From Tepidisphaera sp. (GTDB lineage Bacteria > Planctomycetota > Phycisphaerae > Phycisphaerales > UBA1924): a stretch of DNA of 64,000 nt. Under the pieces are notes generated by a model. It ran no database searches, was not told the origin of the DNA, and saw only the letters and a program-made list of their open reading frames with translations. Each line of letters starts with the position of its first letter. The first letter of the stretch is position 1. Below, piece by piece: positions 1 to 9,786 of this stretch. Position numbers and translations under genes: made by a program. Location of the stretch: assembly GCA_050916045.1 (NCBI GenBank), contig CP051526.1, positions 64,001 through 128,000 on the forward strand, in the 5' to 3' direction.

Positions 1-1013
1 GCCGGCACGCCCACCAGCGACTGGCTCCCCGAGAGCACGAACAGGAACCCTTCGAGCACCGCCATCATCCCAAGCGTGATGATGAACGGGTGTACGTTCA
101 AGCCCACCGTCAAGGAGCCGTTGATCAGCCCGCACACCGCGCCCGTCGCCGCGCACACGCCAAGCCCCACCAGCAGCGCCACCGGCATCGACATCGCCAC
201 CGGCTCCCGCGTCTGATCCGCGAACACCGCCGCGCTCAGCGCGAACAACGCCACGCCGACGACGAAAAGCACCGATCCCGACCCCGAAACGACCGAAGCC
301 GTCGTCCACGCCGTGGTACTGGGCGACGGACCGACCTTCCGCGTCCTCGCCCGCAGGCCCAGCACGATCGCCGCGCTTGCCACCGCCCAGACCGCCGCAG
401 CCACCACCGGCCACGCATGCCCCTTGAACGCCAGCGACGGAAGCCCGTTGTCCCACGGGTATTTGAACACGAAGATCCCGACGAACGCCGAGAGCGCCCA
501 CACCATCCCGATCGACAGATCGATCCCGCCCATCGCGATGATCAGCGTCATCCCCACCGCCATGATGGCGATCGTGCTCGCGTTGTTCGCCAGCATCGTC
601 AGGTTCGCGAGGTTCAGGAACCGGTTCTCCCGCACCCCGTCCACCTTCATTACCGAAGGCTGCCCGTCAGACCCCTCGATGTACCTCGGCTTGCCCGCTT
701 CGAACGTCGCCGTCTCGGCTCCGGCTTTCACCCGAAGCTGGCCCTCTTCCGAAGCCTGAAGCGTCTTGCGCAGCGAAGCCAGGAACGCCGCATCGTCGGT
801 CGTCACGACCCAGACGCCCTGCTGACGCACCGCCGTCGCTCCCGCGGGAAGCGCCAGATCCACCTGCGAGGTCTTGGACCCCGCGAAGGCCGCCAGCAGC
901 CCGCCCAGCAGCAGGACCACCAGCATCAAGCCAGTTTCCGGTGCACGCAAAAGGGCTGTGCAGGACCGTACAATTTTGCCGTTCTTGGAACTCACGAGCA
1001 CCTCAACTGGCAT
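1..1013 (-). CDS. Sugar ABC transporter permease (RbsC/BPD_transp_2 type), 3' end truncated by the window edge
   Basis: Not in the ORF track; translated by hand. Contains IMAVGMTLIIAMGGIDLSIG and GAVCGLINGSLTVGLNVHPFIITLGMM. Start is ATG 1013 or GTG 995. Confidence 0.85.
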   Translation of the reverse strand, partial: MPVEVLVSSKNGKIVRSCTALLRAPETGLMLVVLLLGGLLAAFAGSKTSQVDLALPAGATAVRQQGVWVVTTDDAAFLASLRKTLQASEEGQLRVKAGAETATFEAGKPRYIEGSDGQPSVMKVDGVRENRFLNLANLTMLANNASTIAIMAVGMTLIIAMGGIDLSIGMVWALSAFVGIFVFKYPWDNGLPSLAFKGHAWPVVAAAVWAVASAAIVLGLRARTRKVGPSPSTTAWTTASVVSGSGSVLFVVGVALFALSAAVFADQTREPVAMSMPVALLVGLGVCAATGAVCGLINGSLTVGLNVHPFIITLGMMAVLEGFLFVLSGSQSLVGVP

Positions 1014-1107
1014 GAAACAGCAGACCTAAAGTGATCGAGAATTCGAAAGAACAATTCAAACTCCAGCGATGCTCCCCAAGCATCTAATAAAAACTGAGAG
1101 TGGACCA

Positions 1108-2532
1108 TCAACATCCAACGCGATTGCCGAGTGAGCAATCCGACGACTGAAACGCGCGAATATAAAGGTCGTAATCAAAGAAATCCAAGAATCCGTTCAT
1201 GTCAACATCGGCGAGACAATCTCCGGATTCAAAGGCTGCAACAAAAACATCATAATCAAAGAAATCCAAGAAAAAATCCCCGTTCAAGTCAGCCATTGAA
1301 TTACAAATGTAAAGCCCAAGCTCGTTCTCGTAGTCTATGGTTCCATTGCCGTTCGTGTCGAGGATCGGCAGAAAGCCGCAATCGCCAGATCCGACCGACT
1401 GAGCATACGCGATGATTCGAAGATCGTTGTAGTCGATAACAAAATCCTCTTCCGCTCCGGGAGCGGGGCACTCAGCCGTGTCGGGATAGCACGCGAGAGG
1501 CGATCCTTGCCCTCCAAAGTCGCCCAAGCTGAAAATGTCAGAGATGTTCGCCAGAAACACAGACCATCGCTGCGGCTCAGTTTCCGAACCCTGTGTATTC
1601 ACATTGATAGTGAAGGTAGTACCTGTCGATCCGGCGTCGCGCATCCAGCCTTGTTTCCCGACGCTGCACACAGGCGATGTGCCGCCCGACTCCACGTACT
1701 CAAAATCAAAGGAGATAGTTCCGTCGTCGTAGCTCTCCGGGAACTCCGCCAAAGCCTGAATCGAATTCTCGCACGGTATCGTAGCAAGAGCGTTCGCCCA
1801 TACGCGAAGAGTGATCATAACTTCATTTGAGTAGCCAGGACCTTCAATCAGCAGCCGGTACCGCGTAGATCCATACTTCAGACTCGGTGCCGGTGCGAAA
1901 TCACAGAAATTGCACCCTGGCGAGTTGCTGCAAAAGGTATAAGCCAGGGCGTCGAAAAAGAGCTCGCCCGTAATCTGGATCTGTCCCGGGGATTCAAATA
2001 ACCAACTAGCTGAGGCACCTTTGCACCAGCTGGATGCACCGTCGTATGCGCTGGTGTACGAAGGTCCCGGTTCGCAGACCGGGATCGGCTCAGGGCCCTG
2101 ATAGCCGTGCCCCTGGCTGCCGTATCCTTGATACTGAAGGGTTACCACTTCGTTACTGAGAGTGGAGACCACTACCGCACTCGGGGAAGTGGTGCCAGGC
2201 GCGCAGGAGATAAGAGCTCGGACGTCCATTAATGTGGTTGAGGGAAAGAGGACGGAGATTGGTCCGGCCGAATCTGTGACGGTTTCTCCGCACGCCTCAG
2301 CGCCAAAACACCCGGGGATGCACACTGGGGATCTGACGAGCTTAACTGACGCGGAACCTGACGCGGAATGCTGTGGAGCTGACACGACGGGAAACGGACT
2401 TCCTGCGAGTCGAGCATTCCAACTGCCGTTGATGAAAATTCGAGCTTCGGTCTCATCCGCTCTCGCACCTCCGGTTGAGAGGATAAAGACAACCAATGTG
2501 GCGACCGATGCTAGCGGGATGGGGCGAGGCAT
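1108..2532 (-). CDS. Secreted Cys-rich hypothetical protein with a divergent C-terminal dockerin/EF-hand tag ending GC
   Basis: Signal peptide (..GGARA-D). C-terminus ADLNGDFFLDFFDYD..ADVDMNGFLDFFDYD..NRVGC. Visibly AT-richer than its neighbours. Confidence 0.8.
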   Translation of the reverse strand: MPRPIPLASVATLVVFILSTGGARADETEARIFINGSWNARLAGSPFPVVSAPQHSASGSASVKLVRSPVCIPGCFGAEACGETVTDSAGPISVLFPSTTLMDVRALISCAPGTTSPSAVVVSTLSNEVVTLQYQGYGSQGHGYQGPEPIPVCEPGPSYTSAYDGASSWCKGASASWLFESPGQIQITGELFFDALAYTFCSNSPGCNFCDFAPAPSLKYGSTRYRLLIEGPGYSNEVMITLRVWANALATIPCENSIQALAEFPESYDDGTISFDFEYVESGGTSPVCSVGKQGWMRDAGSTGTTFTINVNTQGSETEPQRWSVFLANISDIFSLGDFGGQGSPLACYPDTAECPAPGAEEDFVIDYNDLRIIAYAQSVGSGDCGFLPILDTNGNGTIDYENELGLYICNSMADLNGDFFLDFFDYDVFVAAFESGDCLADVDMNGFLDFFDYDLYIRAFQSSDCSLGNRVGC

Positions 2533-2567
2533 GGCTTTGATCCTCCAAAAGGTATGGTGGCGCGGGG

Positions 2568-3602
2568 TCAGTCGATCGTCTGGACGAGACGGCTTCGATT
2601 GGCCCGGAAGGCGTTGACGGAGTTCGGGAATCGAACCGTGTCCGTGCCGAAGAAGACGTCTTGAATCGATCCGTTGAGGAGAGTCTGCGTCAGGAACTTC
2701 GCGTGCCCGTCGGTGAAGACGAACGAACCGCCATCTCGACCCCAGTTGTCGGATTTCGCGTAGTAACCGGGCTGCGTGCCGGCTTGAGTCGCGTTTTCCG
2801 CGCCCGCACCGCCGCCGCCGTAGAACGCATAGGTGGAGATATCCGGCCCGTTGGTCTCATCGCCGAAGTACGGCGGGCTGATCAGGAGCGGCTCGTCTTC
2901 CTTGAGGCCCGCGATGTACAGATAGCTGATGTTGTACGAGACGACATCTTCCTGCTTGGCCGGCGGCTTGGGGATCTTCGGCGTGGCGTTCGCGTAGTTC
3001 CGGGCGATCGGCGGCGCGTACGGCAGACCGTAATAGCGATCCTCTTTGTCCGCAGGGTTCACGAGCCATGACAGGCCATCGATGTACGCGGAAAGCAGCG
3101 GTGTTTTCCGACCGTCGATGTACCCGAAGCCCGGAGCGTCCGGATCCCCGTTTCCCGATCGATACCCGAAGTCGATGCCGTCCCCCTGCTGGTTCAGACT
3201 GAAGAACCCCGCGAGACCGCCGTACCGGTACTGCCAGTCCATCCGGTCCGTTCGAAGCACGGTCCGCTCGGGCGGGTTGCTGTCACCAGGAAAACCGGGC
3301 GGAGGGTTCGGGATGCGCACCGGCGCGACCGGGAACCAGCTCTTGTTGTCCCTCGCGTAGATCGAGTTGACCGTTCCCGCGCTCTTGAGGTTCGCCAGGT
3401 TCTTCGCACCCTGCGCCGCCAACCGGGCCTTCCCCAGCGCGGGCAAGAGCAGCGAGATCAGCACCGCGATGATCGCGATCACCACCAGAAGCTCAATCAG
3501 CGTGAACGCGCGGCCCGCGAACGCACGAGCCTTCCCGATGCGCTCCGCGACATTCCGCTCGGCGAGATTGATCCCGGCCTTTACCGATCGATGACAAGTC
3601 AT
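2568..3602 (-). CDS. Prepilin-type N-terminal cleavage/methylation protein with H-X9-DG-like C-terminal motif (DUF1559-like)
   Basis: [30 protein letters not shown] and [13 protein letters not shown]. Start codon uncertain. Confidence 0.85.
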   Translation of the reverse strand: MTCHRSVKAGINLAERNVAERIGKARAFAGRAFTLIELLVVIAIIAVLISLLLPALGKARLAAQGAKNLANLKSAGTVNSIYARDNKSWFPVAPVRIPNPPPGFPGDSNPPERTVLRTDRMDWQYRYGGLAGFFSLNQQGDGIDFGYRSGNGDPDAPGFGYIDGRKTPLLSAYIDGLSWLVNPADKEDRYYGLPYAPPIARNYANATPKIPKPPAKQEDVVSYNISYLYIAGLKEDEPLLISPPYFGDETNGPDISTYAFYGGGGAGAENATQAGTQPGYYAKSDNWGRDGGSFVFTDGHAKFLTQTLLNGSIQDVFFGTDTVRFPNSVNAFRANRSRLVQTID

Positions 3603-3906
3603 GTCGTTGCACTCCAGGGCGAGCCCGAACGGGAGCCCATCCACCATCCTGCGCCGCGACCGCGACCGCATGATCAGTTTACGATAACGTCACGCAAAGG
3701 TGTGCGTCAATCCCTGAATTGCCGATTCTTTTCCGGAACCGCCGTGAAACAACGGGAACCGATTTCCGCGATCACGCCGGGACCGTGGCCTAACCCGAAA
3801 AGGCCCGGAAATGTGGTGAAACGTTCCGAAACGCAACGCCTCGGAAAACTGGGACCCAGCGCACCCCGCCAATCCTCGGAACCACTGGATTCTGTGCATT
3901 TTTCTA

Positions 3907-3935
3907 GTGACTTGCGCAATCTTTTCTTGTAGAGT
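3907..3935 (+). promoter_or_regulatory. Candidate sigma70-type promoter for the 4097 gene
   Basis: GTGACT-N17-TAGAGT in an AT-rich patch, overlapping the palindrome TTGCGCAA. Confidence 0.4.
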
Positions 3936-4096
3936 GATCGAATACACCTGACTGCGGAGTCTGCTCGTCGAACGGTTCCATGCCGTCTGTAAACCGGCGC
4001 CGTTCCGATGATCCAGACCGCCTTCCAGGCAAGCGGCACGTACGACCGCCTGTCTGGAATGAACCGCGTGTCAGCCGAGAGGAACAGGAGATCAGA

Positions 4097-6091
4097 ATGA
4101 AGAAGATTGCCACACTGAGCGCTTCCGCGCTGCTCGCGCTCACCGCGGGCCAGGCCCTTGGTCAGATCACCGTCGACGGCCGCATCGCCGGCCCCGAAGC
4201 GGCCCTCTACGGCCCCGCCCGCTGGGTCCAGAACGTCCCCACCGGCTTCGGCGATAACGCCCCCCCGCCCGGCGGCTGCAACGAGAGCGACATCGGCAAC
4301 CCCGCCGCCGTCACCACCGGCATCGAGTACCGCATCCCGCTCTCCTCGATCGGCAGCCCGACCGGTAACATCCGCCTCGTCGCGGTTCTGGCCAACGGCG
4401 GCCACAGCTCCCTGACGAACCAGATCCTCCCGGCCATCCCCGGCCCCGGCGCCGCCCCGCTGGGCGTCAGCCGCACGGTCGACCTCAACAACTACGCGGG
4501 CAACCAGTTCGCGACGGTCTCCGCTTCCTCGGGCGATCTGCCCGCGGTCGACGGCACGCTCGACGCGGCGTACGGCGCCGCTCTCGCCGTCCAGGGTTCG
4601 CGCAGCAGCGCCGGCGATGACACGGACGCTTCCGCTTCGACCGCGACGGGTTCCGAGCTGAACGCGATGTACGCCGTCGTCCGCGGCGACTCGCTCTACA
4701 TCATGCTCACGGGCAACCTCAAGTCCGACTTCGGCAGCAAGATCGAGCTCTTCATCGACAACGGCGACGCCAACGGGTTCAACTCGTTCCCCGAGGGCAC
4801 GGTTCTCCCCGACGTGGACTTCAACGCTCTCCAGAACATGATCGGCAACGCCAACGGTGCCGGTCTCCGCTTTGACGTCGGGTTCAAAGCCACGCACTAC
4901 TTCACCTTCGGCGCGGGCAACGACCCCGTCCAGTACTACCCCAACATCGCCGACCTCGTGGGCGGCTTCGGCCAGTTCCTCGGCTGCAACGATGCGGGCA
5001 ACGGCTCGGGCATCCTCGCCGGCTGCGGCGGCGCGACCGAGATTGAGATCGCGGTGAACAACGCCAACACCGAGGGCGTCGGCGCGATCTGTCCCCCTGC
5101 CAACGGTGATCCGGACCGCGCGGGCGGCTCCGAGATCGACAACCTGCACGCCTACATCGCCGACGGCCAGCTCCACCTGCTCATCGGCGGCAACCTGCAG
5201 AACTCCTTCAACAAGCTCGACCTCTTCTTCGACGTCGCCAGCGGCGGTCAGAACGTCCTGCTCAACACGAACGTTGACATCGACTTCAACGGCCTGAACA
5301 ACATGTCGGGCCTCACCTTCGACGAGGGCTTCGCCGCCGACTACTGGTTCGGCTTCACCAACGGCAACGACCCCGTCGAGATGTACGGCAACGCCGCCGT
5401 GCTCCGCACCGACGGCCCCCGCACCGACTTCAACTTCAACAAGCTCGACTACGGCGCGTACGACGGCGGCCTCAAGAGCCAGAACAACCCGCTCGACTTC
5501 AACGGGCCGCAGATCAACATCCAGGACGGCTTCACCGCCAACATCTTCACCAACTTCGCCCCCCGCCTCTCTGGTGACAGCCTGTTGGTCGACCCCTTCA
5601 ACCCGGTCGGCGCGACGAATCAGATCCAGGCCACGATCGACAACTCCAACCTCCTCGGCGTGACGGACTCCAGCGCTTCGCCGGTCCTCGCCGCTCAGGT
5701 CACCACCGGCTTTGAGCTCCGGTTCGACCTCGACGAGCTCGGCTGGGACGGCTCGAGCCCCATCCGCATCGCCGGCTTCATCAACAACGGCGGTCACACG
5801 TTCCTGTCCAACCAGGTCCTCGGCGGCCTCCCCGAGGGCTCCGGCAACCTCGGCGCTCCCGCCGGCGTCAACTTCGCCAACATCGCGGGCAATCAGTACA
5901 TCGATCTGACCTCCTGCCCGGCCGACTTCAACGGCGACAACTTCCTCGACTTCTTCGACTACGACGATTACGTCAACTGCTTCGAGACCGGCACCTGCCC
6001 CGACGGCCGGACCGCCGACTTCAACGGTGACGACTTCGTCGACTTCTTCGACTATGACGCGTTCGTCGCCGCGTTCGAAACCGGCTGCTAA
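4097..6091 (+). CDS. Secreted protein with a duplicated beta-rich (DOMON/CBM9-like?) domain and GC-terminated dockerin tag
   Basis: RBS CAGGAG; signal peptide MKKIATL..QALG-Q; internal duplication; ends CPADFNGDNFLDFFDYDD..FETGC. Confidence 0.85.
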   Translation: MKKIATLSASALLALTAGQALGQITVDGRIAGPEAALYGPARWVQNVPTGFGDNAPPPGGCNESDIGNPAAVTTGIEYRIPLSSIGSPTGNIRLVAVLANGGHSSLTNQILPAIPGPGAAPLGVSRTVDLNNYAGNQFATVSASSGDLPAVDGTLDAAYGAALAVQGSRSSAGDDTDASASTATGSELNAMYAVVRGDSLYIMLTGNLKSDFGSKIELFIDNGDANGFNSFPEGTVLPDVDFNALQNMIGNANGAGLRFDVGFKATHYFTFGAGNDPVQYYPNIADLVGGFGQFLGCNDAGNGSGILAGCGGATEIEIAVNNANTEGVGAICPPANGDPDRAGGSEIDNLHAYIADGQLHLLIGGNLQNSFNKLDLFFDVASGGQNVLLNTNVDIDFNGLNNMSGLTFDEGFAADYWFGFTNGNDPVEMYGNAAVLRTDGPRTDFNFNKLDYGAYDGGLKSQNNPLDFNGPQINIQDGFTANIFTNFAPRLSGDSLLVDPFNPVGATNQIQATIDNSNLLGVTDSSASPVLAAQVTTGFELRFDLDELGWDGSSPIRIAGFINNGGHTFLSNQVLGGLPEGSGNLGAPAGVNFANIAGNQYIDLTSCPADFNGDNFLDFFDYDDYVNCFETGTCPDGRTADFNGDDFVDFFDYDAFVAAFETGC

Positions 6092-6125
6092 AGCCGCTCT
6101 TCAGTTTCAGCACGCAATGCCTTCC

Positions 6126-6162
6126 GAGCCGGGCCCGAACACGCGGGCCCGGCTTGTTTTTT
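6126..6162 (+). terminator. Intrinsic terminator
   Basis: GAGCCGGGCCCG-loop-CGGGCCCGGCTT followed by GTTTTTT. Confidence 0.8.
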
Positions 6163-6255
6163 CATTCCCCGCGGGCCGCGGCCCCCGCCGAAATCCAGTC
6201 GGCCCTTCCCCTTAGAATGGTCCGTCACCCCTGTCCCACCTGCCGGAGCTTCGCC

Positions 6256-6852
6256 TTGCCCATCCGCTACACCGTCCGCGCGGTCGACCGTGCCGGGAAC
6301 TCCATCCGCCGCGAGGTCATCGCCGAGTCCATCGCCCAAGCCGAGCAGCTCGCCGTCGCCGACGGGCTTGAGGTCCGGGGAATCACCGTCGCCCAGGACC
6401 CGCCCGGGAAAGCCGCTCCCGATCCCGCCGACTCCGCCCACCCGGGTGTGGAGCAGACGCTTTGGGAAGGACAGCCAAGCCACTGGTCCAACCTCTGGAT
6501 CTACCTTGCCGCGATCCTGATCGTCCCCCTCCCCTGGTCGCTCTGGTGCTGGCTCAGCCTGCGAGCCACCCGCATCACGCTCACCTCGCAGCGTCTCCGC
6601 ATCAAGACCGGCGTGCTGAACACCCACATCGAAGAGCTCGAGCTCTATCGCGTGCGGGATTCGTCTCTGGGCCAGTCCTTCTGGCAGCGACTCGTCGGCA
6701 TCGGCGATGTCGTGCTCGATACGACCGACGTTTCGACGCCCCGTATCACGCTTCGTCACCTGCGCCGGTCCGAAGCCGTGCGAGAGACGCTCCGCGCTCA
6801 GGTCGAGCGCGTCCGCCGGGTGCAGAAGGTTCGTGAAATCGAGATGACCTGA
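6256..6852 (+). CDS. Bacterial PH-domain (bPH_2/DUF304-like) membrane protein with a PilC/GspF-N-like leader
   Basis: EQTLWEGQPS, TM segment, ITLTSQRLRIKTGVLNTHIEELELYRVRD..QSFWQRLVGIGDV. TTG start after GGAG. Confidence 0.75.
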   Translation: MPIRYTVRAVDRAGNSIRREVIAESIAQAEQLAVADGLEVRGITVAQDPPGKAAPDPADSAHPGVEQTLWEGQPSHWSNLWIYLAAILIVPLPWSLWCWLSLRATRITLTSQRLRIKTGVLNTHIEELELYRVRDSSLGQSFWQRLVGIGDVVLDTTDVSTPRITLRHLRRSEAVRETLRAQVERVRRVQKVREIEMT

Positions 6853-7659
6853 TCACTCGCCGAGGAACCAGAGCTTCTTGCGAGGCTTGGCCGTGATCGG
6901 CGTGAGCGTTCGCATCAGGGCTTCGCGGATCGTCTCGATCGCTTCGTCTGGCGAGTCTGTCACCGTGATCAGCGACCGGTCCGCGGGATCGATCGTCTTG
7001 GCCTCGACCAGCGTTTTCTCGACGAACTCGACCATCGGAGACCAGTAGTCCTTGCCCATCAGGATGATCGGGAAGTTCTGGACCTTGCGCGTCTGAACCA
7101 GCGTCGCGATCTCCCAGAGCTCGTCAAGCGTGCCGAAGCCGCCGGGCATGCAGACAAACGCGTAGCTGTACTTGACCAGCATCACCTTCCGCACGAAGAA
7201 GTAGTTGAATTCGACGAACGAATCCACGTACGGATTCGGCTGCTGCTCTTTCGGCAGTCTGATGTTGCAACCCACCGAGGACCCACCGACTTCCTTGGCT
7301 CCCCGATTGGCCGCCTCCATGATCCCGGGCCCCCCGCCCGTCATGGTCGTCACGCCCAGAGCCGCAAGCCGCCGCCCCATCTCCCTCGCCAGGATGTAGT
7401 ACTCGTGATCTTCCGCGAACCGCGCGGATCCGAACACCGTCACGCACGGCCCCACGAAGTGGAGCCCGCGGAAACCCCGGATGAACTCCCCGAAGATCCG
7501 GCAGGCTCGGGTAAAGTCCGCCCACCGGCCAAGCGGGCCCCGAAGAAAATCCTGCGCCCAGCCCGACGAAGGTCCCCTTCCCCACGCGGGACCCGTCGCC
7601 GGCCCCCGCCGCCCCACTGGTGTGTCTGACACGGATCCGTGCGGCCCGTCGTTGTCCAT
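6853..7659 (-). CDS. LOG-family nucleotide phosphoribohydrolase (TIGR00730-like)
   Basis: VTVFGSAR, TGGGPGIMEAANRGA, YFFVRKVMLVKYS, PGGFGTLDE. Confidence 0.92.
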   Translation of the reverse strand: MDNDGPHGSVSDTPVGRRGPATGPAWGRGPSSGWAQDFLRGPLGRWADFTRACRIFGEFIRGFRGLHFVGPCVTVFGSARFAEDHEYYILAREMGRRLAALGVTTMTGGGPGIMEAANRGAKEVGGSSVGCNIRLPKEQQPNPYVDSFVEFNYFFVRKVMLVKYSYAFVCMPGGFGTLDELWEIATLVQTRKVQNFPIILMGKDYWSPMVEFVEKTLVEAKTIDPADRSLITVTDSPDEAIETIREALMRTLTPITAKPRKKLWFLGE

Positions 7660-7743
7660 AGGAATCGAGCTTACCCCGCCCGGCCAAGAAATGTCGCAAG
7701 CAACAGTTGAAAAACCACCCAAACAGGGCATAAATAATCTCGG

Positions 7744-7772
7744 TTGAACCCAAGTTGTCGCCAAGGTATTCT
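7744..7772 (+). promoter_or_regulatory. Candidate sigma70 promoter
   Basis: TTGAAC-N17-TATTCT upstream of the PAS-LuxR gene. Confidence 0.5.
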
Positions 7773-7833
7773 ACAAAGATCGTGGAGGGTCCCCGCTCGG
7801 GCTGTGGGATCCGTAGGAGGAGGAGAAGGTCTC

Positions 7834-8523
7834 ATGGCTAGTCCTGTCCAAAGCCGCACCGAGCGTGGGGTCGAAATGCCCTTCCAAACCCTTACACCCC
7901 CCGCTTGGGAAGCGCTCACCCTCGATACCGGAGCTTCCGTTCTGGTCTTGGATGAGAACGGCGTCATTCTCTATGCCAACAGCCGATCCGTGCTGGAGCT
8001 CAAGCTCCCCGTGGAAGAAGTGGTCGGCAAGCCTTACCACGGGTTCTTCGCTCCCGAGTTCGGCGCCGAGCGGCTCGGCTTCATCCGCCGGGCCATCGAA
8101 ACCGGCACCCCGATGGTCATCGACCACACCTTCGGCGGATGCCGTCGTCGAAGCTGCCTCCGCCCCCTTCCCGCAGATGCGCAGGGCCGCCATCATGTCC
8201 TTCTCGTCTGCCGCCCCGCGCACGAAAATGACCCGGCCGAAGTCTCGGACGCCGAAATGGTGCGGGCCAAGCACAACGACCTGGGCTCGCTTGCTTCGCT
8301 CACGCCCCGCGAGCTTGAGATTCTCTTCTTGATTGGGCAGGGCTTGGCCACTTCCGAGATCGCCAAGCAATTGCACCGAAGCGAGAAGACCGTCGAGTGG
8401 CACCGCGTTTCGCTCGGCAACAAGCTTGGCGTTTCCAACCGCGTCGAACTTGCGCGAATCGCGATTCAGTCCGGGCTTCTCGCCGCGACCCCCCGGTCAC
8501 GAGCCACTCCCGAAACCAAGTAA
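7834..8523 (+). CDS. PAS + LuxR-type HTH transcriptional regulator
   Basis: VLVLDENGVILYAN (PAS); LTPRELEILFLIGQGLATSEIAKQLHRSEKTVEWHR (LuxR); strong RBS AGGAGG. Confidence 0.9.
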   Translation: MASPVQSRTERGVEMPFQTLTPPAWEALTLDTGASVLVLDENGVILYANSRSVLELKLPVEEVVGKPYHGFFAPEFGAERLGFIRRAIETGTPMVIDHTFGGCRRRSCLRPLPADAQGRHHVLLVCRPAHENDPAEVSDAEMVRAKHNDLGSLASLTPRELEILFLIGQGLATSEIAKQLHRSEKTVEWHRVSLGNKLGVSNRVELARIAIQSGLLAATPRSRATPETK

Positions 8524-8582
8524 AGCACACGAATGGGCTTCAACGGTTGAGCAGCCGGCGGCACACTTTCGTGCTGCGATGA

Positions 8583-9755
8583 TCAACGTTCGATGATGAC
8601 CGGCACGCTGGCCCAGTTCGCCCACCGCGTCGGGGGGCCTGACCACCAGAGCGTCGACTCGATGGTGCGGGTCGTCGTCATCGCGTCCATCCCCGCGAGA
8701 GGCTCGGCAAGCTCCGCCACCGTCACGACGCCGAGCGTTTCCGTCAACGCGCGACGGATCGCTTCGATGCCATCAAGCGTCGGCGCCACGCGCGCAAGAC
8801 CGACCAGATCCTCGGCTTTGGGAGGCAGGACGATCGCGAGCGGCGCCGGGGGACGGATGATCATCGGAAAGCGTCGCTCGGACGTCGATGCAAATGCCGG
8901 AACGATCTCGGCGGGCCGCTGGGATTCCGAAGTCGCTTCGGGATTCGGCGTGAGAGCCGCCAGCGCCGTCACCACCTCGGAGGGAGGCGTCGCGCTGACA
9001 TCCCACACCCGCGCCCCCTGCGGACGCGCCGCGAGACTCGTGAGCTGCTGCTCGCACTGACGCGGCGACCGCGGCGTGACCCGAAGCACCAACCGACCGG
9101 CTTTCGCAAGTTCGAGCATCCGTTCCGCGCGGTCCGCCGGCGGCGCGGACATGATGGCGAGCGGCACCCTCGGAGCTTCGGCGGTCGAGCCGGCATCCAC
9201 CGGGTCCGCCAGGGGCGTCGCGTCGGTCGCGCCTTCGTCCGCGATCGCGATCCGCACCGGCGTGCCGCCGTTCTCGTTCGACGTGGAGTCGCTTGTGTCC
9301 GTGCTTTCGCGGTTCGCGTGAAGCGTGCTGTTTGTCTTGGAGGCCGGCCACAGCGCGATCAAGCCGACACCGCCCACGAGGCCGACCATCGCCGCCATCG
9401 CGACCATCCGCCGCGTGCCGTTCCACCACGACTTCCGATTGGGAACCACCCGGGAGACAGGAATCTCGACCGCTTGGTCACCGGCAAGCCGCAACCCGGC
9501 CAGGGCTTCCTGCTGCGCTCGACGCATCGCCGCTTCCACCAGACCAAGCGGGGCCATCGGCGCCTCAAGCGACGCGACTCCCGCACGATCCCGCTTCATC
9601 AGGTCGAGCTTGCGGAGCAGCGCCTTCTGCTCGGGCGTGCCGTTGGCAAGCATCTCGCGCACAACCCGGGCCCGGTCCACCGGAAGCAGACCTTCGACCA
9701 TCGCCAGAAGCGACGCTTCGTCGTTGGGGTCAAATTGCTCCGTTCGTCCGTTCAT
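8583..9755 (-). CDS. Putative membrane-anchored anti-sigma factor
   Basis: Directly downstream of an ECF sigma. N-terminal helical domain (LLAMVEGLLP), a single TM helix and a C-terminal extracytoplasmic region. Confidence 0.6.
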   Translation of the reverse strand: MNGRTEQFDPNDEASLLAMVEGLLPVDRARVVREMLANGTPEQKALLRKLDLMKRDRAGVASLEAPMAPLGLVEAAMRRAQQEALAGLRLAGDQAVEIPVSRVVPNRKSWWNGTRRMVAMAAMVGLVGGVGLIALWPASKTNSTLHANRESTDTSDSTSNENGGTPVRIAIADEGATDATPLADPVDAGSTAEAPRVPLAIMSAPPADRAERMLELAKAGRLVLRVTPRSPRQCEQQLTSLAARPQGARVWDVSATPPSEVVTALAALTPNPEATSESQRPAEIVPAFASTSERRFPMIIRPPAPLAIVLPPKAEDLVGLARVAPTLDGIEAIRRALTETLGVVTVAELAEPLAGMDAMTTTRTIESTLWWSGPPTRWANWASVPVIIER

Positions 9756-9786
9756 CTGCCCGTGGTCCTCGTCGCCAGATCGTCCC

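Noticed and set aside
90..1034. Plus-strand 314-aa ORF in the track
   Set aside because: Shadow of the minus-strand ABC permease, which the track missed because it runs off the window.
3680..3860. c-di-GMP or other known riboswitch
   Set aside because: Only fragments (GAAA, ACGCAAAG) match, and the order and pairing of the consensus are not met.
5915..6091. Recurrent GACTTCTTCGACTACGAC DNA repeats as CRISPR, DGR or mobile repeats
   Set aside because: They are in-frame coding for the dockerin tag and vary mostly at synonymous sites. I saw no spacers, cas genes or reverse transcriptase.
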